Below are positions 58,994 to 64,000 of a DNA stretch of 64,000 bases, one piece after another (the stretch's first letter is position 1; the number at the start of each line of letters is the position of its first letter). This DNA is from a virus. The notes under the pieces were generated by a model. It worked only from the letters and a program-made list of their open reading frames with translations. It was not told the DNA's origin and searched no databases. Location of the stretch: positions 65,194 through 129,193 of the IMG/VR virus record IMGVR_UViG_3300036795_000250. One strand, written 5' to 3'. The position numbers were made by a program, and so were the translations under genes.

Positions 58994-59009
58994 ACATGAG
59001 TACTCATGT
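58994..59009. promoter_or_regulatory. 16-bp perfect palindrome, candidate operator in the array leader
   Basis: ACATGAGTACTCATGT; a TTGACC hexamer lies about 40 nt upstream on the minus strand. Confidence 0.4.
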
Positions 59010-59942
59010 AGCGATGTTGCTCTTAGCTAGGCGTATCGCTACAGGTCAAGCACTCTATTTGCGTTAGCCACTAGTTTCCTGCCTTCGGCGTGTCTCTCAG
59101 AAACACAGGGTGTGTCGTGATCTAGCTCCCTGGTGAGTAGAGGCCCGATGTCCGTATCAGTGCCTGGTCATAGTGACGTCTCTACGGGGTGATCACTACA
59201 GGTGGTCCCATGGGTAGGGGAGGTGACGTAGGTAGGTGTACTCAGAGGCACTGCCTCGCAGGCCAGTACTCACACCACGTGCCCCGTGCGTGGTCATGGG
59301 TATGTGCCTGCCGTTGGGCGTGGTGTGGGCGGTAGAGGCGCATACAGAGGTCACTGTGCATGATGTCCGATACGGTCTCGTCTCACTAGCGATGATCATG
59401 TGTGGGAACGCGGAGCGTTCGGTACTCAGTAGAGCAGCGCATGCCTGGTTAGTGCAGGTGGGCTCTGTGGTCGGTAGCCGCTGCTCTCTCGGGTATCAGT
59501 AGGTATGTGGGTCATCGGATAGTGAGTTGAGGAGTGGATTGAACAGTCTCTGTCTGAGACGCACGTCGCGTGCCGCTGTCCTGCCCGTTGCACGCTTGCC
59601 GACCGACTGCCGTCGGTCGGCAAGCGCAGCTACTGCGCACCGCAGAGCGGCACACACTGCTCTGTCCACAGAGGTCACTAAGGACAAGCCCAGTTACCTA
59701 GTCACCCTTATGTCACATCTCAGCGCTAGCAACACAGCGTCGCTGACTGCCTACAGTCGGCAGAGGGTAGCTAGGGGTAGATGGATCATGCTCCGCTTTA
59801 CGACTGCAAATTCACTAGTGCAAATTGATCATCGAAACCTGAATGACGTCTCGTGCACAGCCCAAAAAGATCATGATACCTTAATCGATACAGAAGGATC
59901 ACCCACCAACCCGACCAGAACACCTCCCCACCCTCTACCCTG

Positions 59943-60365
59943 ATGCGCATGCCGGAGCTGAGGCGCTATGTCCTGCGGTCGCTGACGGATCAGTCCGATA
60001 CGGTGTGGGTCAATAAGGACGATCTGCTGCAAGTCCTGCGCCACGGGCTGCACGGCAACGCGTGCAGCCACGGCGACCGTGCCTGCGTCGACGATGCGAT
60101 CGCCGAGGTGGCCGACATCATCGAGAGGACGGTGTCGCGCCTGGACCGCAGCGATCCGCTGAACGCCTGGGTGCCGCCGGGGCAAGCGCAGCCGTGCACC
60201 TGCCGCAGCGCGGTCCCCCCGCTACCGGAGCGCGGGGTACGGGCGATCCTGGCCGCAGCATGGTCGTCGTCGTGGTCGTCCTGGGCTGGCACGCTCTTGC
60301 GGGTGTCCTTGCTGATCTCGGGGGTCTTGGTCGTGCTCTTCCTGTGCTTGCCTGCTCCGTGGTAA
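59943..60365 (+). CDS. hypothetical protein with C-terminal TM helix
   Basis: hydrophobic C-terminus. Confidence 0.55.
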   Translation: MRMPELRRYVLRSLTDQSDTVWVNKDDLLQVLRHGLHGNACSHGDRACVDDAIAEVADIIERTVSRLDRSDPLNAWVPPGQAQPCTCRSAVPPLPERGVRAILAAAWSSSWSSWAGTLLRVSLLISGVLVVLFLCLPAPW

Positions 60366-60580
60366 CCCACCAACCAGACGAGAACACCTCCCCCTCACCG
60401 TGGAGGCCCTCCGCTATCGTCACCAGGCGGATGGTGGCGTGGACGGTCACACGGCAAGCACCGGGGCTAGCGCGCCAGGCTGGTTGGGCGCGGTAGTTCT
60501 ACCTGGCTCCGGTCGCCACCGTCCGCCTCGGGCTTGGCAGCGGGGGACGAGACTCCCTCACCAACCCAGCACTAGCCTGG

Positions 60581-61375
60581 GTGGTAGCCATCGGTATCGT
60601 TGCGTCCATGGCGATGTTCCATCGGGCGGTTCGTATTCGTCGCGGAATTTTGCAGACCGGGGTTCACACATGGACACGTGGCAATCGCACCGTGACTCTA
60701 GTTGGTACGATTCATATCGGGGACCGGCGCTACTACCAGATCCTTCAACGTCTGCTGGATGATGGCGAAGAGCAGGGTGCTCTGGTCCATTTCGAGGGCA
60801 CCAAGGAACCAACAGACGAAGCTTTCGCGTCCTTGACCAACGCGGATCGGCGCGCCCTTGACCTGATGGGTGACGGGCAGACGTTTGCGGAAACGTTGGT
60901 CACCGCGACCACGGGTCTCGTGACGCAGACAGACGCGATGACCTTCCGGTCGTCCTGGGTCAACACCGACGTGAGCGAGCTCGACGTGATCCGCATGGTC
61001 GGGCCGCAGAACATAGTCAACCGGTTCTCCTCGTTCTCCCGAACCCCTGATATGAGCGCTATCAGTAGATTGCCACCGATGATTCCGGTGGGTTGGTTCA
61101 TCAGGTTTGCGCTTCGGTATTTCACTGCGGCTAGTTCGTTGCTCCGCGCTATCCGGCCGGGTGAGCTTGACCGGAATGTTCTGGTGAAGTGGCGGAATAT
61201 GGTGGCGGTCACTGCTGCATTGAATACTCCCGACGGGTCGCATGTCATAGCTGTCTGGGGATCGGAGCACGTCGGCGGTATCGGCGCGCTGCTGGAACGC
61301 AACGGTTTTGCCTTGACGACGGTGCGATGGATTCCCGCGATCGGGCGGACTACCCCGGCGGGCGGCTCTGCCTGA
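60581..61375 (+). CDS. TraB/GumN-related hypothetical protein
   Basis: VTLVGTIHIGD..YY, VHFEG, WRN..AV, AVWGSEH. Confidence 0.6.
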   Translation: MVAIGIVASMAMFHRAVRIRRGILQTGVHTWTRGNRTVTLVGTIHIGDRRYYQILQRLLDDGEEQGALVHFEGTKEPTDEAFASLTNADRRALDLMGDGQTFAETLVTATTGLVTQTDAMTFRSSWVNTDVSELDVIRMVGPQNIVNRFSSFSRTPDMSAISRLPPMIPVGWFIRFALRYFTAASSLLRAIRPGELDRNVLVKWRNMVAVTAALNTPDGSHVIAVWGSEHVGGIGALLERNGFALTTVRWIPAIGRTTPAGGSA

Positions 61376-61377
61376 CC

Positions 61378-61887
61378 TCACCGCACGGCATGGTGAGCAC
61401 TCCGGCAGGACCAGCACCGGCCGCCACGCTTGTACCCGGAGGCGGTGCCACAGCAGCCGTGGCCGATGGCCACGCATACCTGCGACAGGATTGTCTCGAC
61501 CTGCTCAGCGAACGTCGGGTCGTAGCGCATCCGGCCGTAGACGGTGTGATGGCGATAGCCCACTATCTCGGCGGCCCGGACCACGTCAGCGCACGTCATG
61601 AGTGCGGCCAGGAACGCCATCCGGGTGGGGAGATCAAAATCGGCATCGGCGAGCGCCCGGCGATACTCCCGGGACTGCACGGCGTGTTCGGTCCGGGTAG
61701 CTGAGCTCCGCTCGCCATAGCGGTAGCGCGTGCTCGGCCGGAACTTCGGTGGTGGCACGGGAGATGTCCTTCGTACGGTCGTGAGGAGAGGGCGCCCCGC
61801 GCACGCGGGGCATAGCCAGCCCTCACCGAGCAGCGTGAAACGTGGCGTCCAGCCACTCGCCGAGGCGCTCATCACGGATCTCCTCAA
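61378..61887 (-). CDS. HTH/zinc-finger hypothetical protein
   Basis: AAEIVG..TVY....DPTFA; GTASGY..RCWSCR; start uncertain. Confidence 0.5.
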   Translation of the reverse strand: MRRSVMSASASGWTPRFTLLGEGWLCPACAGRPLLTTVRRTSPVPPPKFRPSTRYRYGERSSATRTEHAVQSREYRRALADADFDLPTRMAFLAALMTCADVVRAAEIVGYRHHTVYGRMRYDPTFAEQVETILSQVCVAIGHGCCGTASGYKRGGRCWSCRSAHHAVR

Positions 61888-62122
61888 CGTGCAGCGTGTA
61901 GCCGTGCTTCATCGCGAGCAGATCGGCTTGGGCCCGGTTGCCGGCATGGATCCTCGTGCGGAAGCCGGCCGGCTGCATACCCAGCGCCGCCGAGAGCAGG
62001 CCCATCTCGTAGCCAGCGAAGTAACTAGCGTCGTCGTAGGGTCCGCCCTGGCTGGCTACCACCACGAACGGCATGACGATGCCGGATCTGGTGTCCTCGG
62101 GTTCGTTCATCGGATGGCCCAC
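61823..62122 (-). CDS. conserved phage hypothetical protein
   Basis: VMPFVVVASQGGPYDDASYFAGYEMG. Confidence 0.65.
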   Translation of the reverse strand: MGHPMNEPEDTRSGIVMPFVVVASQGGPYDDASYFAGYEMGLLSAALGMQPAGFRTRIHAGNRAQADLLAMKHGYTLHVEEIRDERLGEWLDATFHAAR

Positions 62123-62123
62123 G

Positions 62124-62321
62124 CTAGTGCCGGTCCAGGTCCTGCTCGCCGATCTCCTGGCGGGCGTTGCCCAGTGCGATACACGTCTGCCCGAACGCGA
62201 TCAGTTCCTCGTTGCTGGGCAGCGTCAGGATCTCGTGACCGTCCACGAGCACGCGCACCGAGCCGTCCGGTTGCAGGGCCGAGGTCACCGCGTCGAGGCT
62301 GCTCGGGGTGCGGTGTGACAT
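62124..62321 (-). CDS. hypothetical protein
   Basis: AAGGA RBS. Confidence 0.55.
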   Translation of the reverse strand: MSHRTPSSLDAVTSALQPDGSVRVLVDGHEILTLPSNEELIAFGQTCIALGNARQEIGEQDLDRH

Positions 62322-62348
62322 GAGGTGTCCTTTCGAGAGAGGGTGACT

Positions 62349-62786
62349 TTAGCGGGGAGTGATGGTGTAAGAAGCCAGGATCGCGTCCACGACCAGAGCA
62401 GCCCTGCGCAACGCGGCCACCCTGCGGAAGACCCGGCCGGGGTTCGGCTCGATAGCGCGGGCGCCCAGATCCATCAGCACCTCGCGCTCTACCGGAATGG
62501 CCTGCTGTTGTGGAGTGGCGGCCTGACGCCGATGGCTCGCTTCGGCCCGGCGCAGGATCTCCTGTGTCCGCGCAGGTGCGTCGCCCAGGACGCGCCCGTC
62601 GGCTTCGTACAACTCCACCGGGGACAAGGCCGAGCGGGTGCCGGAGGTGATCTGCTGCCGGGTGAGATCGAGCACCGCCTCGGCGAGGTATTGCGTCGCG
62701 GCGAGCGCGGGGGTACCGCCCTCAGCGAGCACGAATAGCACCGCCTCGGCCCGGCCCCGCATCTCCTCGATCTCGGGCTCGCTCAC
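62349..62786 (-). CDS. hypothetical protein
   Basis: GTG start overlapping the upstream stop. Confidence 0.55.
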   Translation of the reverse strand: MSEPEIEEMRGRAEAVLFVLAEGGTPALAATQYLAEAVLDLTRQQITSGTRSALSPVELYEADGRVLGDAPARTQEILRRAEASHRRQAATPQQQAIPVEREVLMDLGARAIEPNPGRVFRRVAALRRAALVVDAILASYTITPR

Positions 62787-63193
62787 GAGGTTCTCTGCTT
62801 GCTCGTGACGGCATAGCGAGCCAGGATCGCGTCCACCACGAGAGCCGCTTTCCTGACCGTGGCCGCGCCGTAGGCGGGTTGGATGGCGCGAGCGCCCAGC
62901 TCGATCAGCTCTTCGCGGGTGGCAAGCGCGGGGCACTGCCAAGCACGCGGGTACAGCATGGCGACGCGGGCCAAGCGGGGGTCGGCGTTATCCGCGTACT
63001 CCCCGTGCTGCCACCGGTAGGCGAACTCGGCTCCGGACAGACCTAGCACGGTCCGCGCCTCGGTGTCGAACACCGCCCATGACTCGTCCTCGCTCAGCTC
63101 CTCCACCGTCACGGTGGCGCTGTCATAGTCGATCAGCGCGCTCTCGGCGACGTCGCGGGTCTGCTGGAGGTCTTCTTCGGCCATCTCGTTCAT
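62783..63193 (-). CDS. hypothetical protein
   Basis: start MNEMAEE. Confidence 0.55.
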   Translation of the reverse strand: MNEMAEEDLQQTRDVAESALIDYDSATVTVEELSEDESWAVFDTEARTVLGLSGAEFAYRWQHGEYADNADPRLARVAMLYPRAWQCPALATREELIELGARAIQPAYGAATVRKAALVVDAILARYAVTSKQRTS

Positions 63194-63747
63194 GTGGTGC
63201 CTTTCCCTGGTGAGCGAGCGATTTCGCTCCGAGGCCCGATGGCGGAGAAGAACAGGCTGAAGTGCTGCTTGAGGACCCGGCGCGGGACGCTGGCGTAGAC
63301 CTCGTCGGTCCGTCGCACGTGGGTGATCAGCCGCTCGATGTCCCGCAGTTCGATCAGCTCGGCGCACCGCGCGCAGGCGGCCCAGTGCTCGGAGAAGACG
63401 TTCTGCGCCAAGTCGGTCGCCGGGGCCTCGGTGTGCCGCACTGTCTCCCACTGCGGAGCGATGCGCTTTCGTTCGGTCTCAGCCAGGAAGTTGCGGGCGG
63501 CTACGGTGCTGCGCAGTTCGCCGCCGGTCCCGTACGACCACATCACGTCGGGGACCGAGCAGAAGTCGCAGTACATCACCACGGTGGTTGCTTCGGCACG
63601 CGGGATGGGTTGCGGCTGGTGATCCTTCTCCGCGTTCAGCGGGTGTCGCCAGCTCACCTCGTCGTTGCTATCCAGGCGCCGGAACCGGTTGAGCGGCTCG
63701 CTGCACACGCCGCAGACGACGTCCGGCACCGAGGACGGTTCTGTCAT
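63190..63747 (-). CDS. Cys-rich hypothetical protein
   Basis: CGVC, CDFCS, WAACARCAELIE. Confidence 0.7.
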   Translation of the reverse strand: MTEPSSVPDVVCGVCSEPLNRFRRLDSNDEVSWRHPLNAEKDHQPQPIPRAEATTVVMYCDFCSVPDVMWSYGTGGELRSTVAARNFLAETERKRIAPQWETVRHTEAPATDLAQNVFSEHWAACARCAELIELRDIERLITHVRRTDEVYASVPRRVLKQHFSLFFSAIGPRSEIARSPGKGTT

Positions 63748-63867
63748 GAGGTGGATCCTTCCGTAGGCTCCTCGGTAGGCAGCCTCGTGGCTACGGCGAG
63801 CGGGCAGGAAAACTTATGCCGCCCCAGCGCGCCCTCCGGGCAACCGTTGGCGCACACCACGTCGAGG

Positions 63868-63903
<36 letters not shown>

Positions 63904-64000
63904 GCCAGTTCGGCCATCTCGGCGCGCCAGTCCGCTGCCCCCGCCGTCTCATGCGCTGGCGTCTCCTTCAGGCGCTCCCAGATCGGCAGACCATCCATAT

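Overview
High-GC actinobacterial mobile replicon, most likely part of a large actinophage or phage-plasmid. No capsid, terminase, tail or integrase gene lies in the window, so this identity is inferred from gene content and layout. Four zones. (1) 0-24 kb, minus strand: replication/recombination operon with a split SbcC, SbcD, DnaN clamp, Cas4/RecB-like nuclease, DUF932, RecA, endonuclease VII, SSB, family A polymerase and delta/delta'-like clamp-loader subunits, plus a GH25 lysin and an Rpf-LysM protein. (2) 24-33 kb: small accessory genes including a primase zinc finger, a HAD protein, an atypical Lsr2 and DUF397. (3) 33-47 kb: host-like block with a full DnaE, a SAM methyltransferase-DUF397-XRE/DUF5753 module, HTH genes, lipoproteins and an FtsK-like ATPase. 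(4) 47.4-58.8 kb, the most striking feature: about 28 short, unrelated minus-strand ORFs separated by 23 complete and 1 partial copies of a 50-60 nt imperfect hairpin in three sequence families. The repeat usually overlaps the upstream stop codon and sits just before the next RBS, resembling an integron-type cassette array or a serial RNA-processing array. All family assignments come from recognising motifs by eye; no database searches were run.
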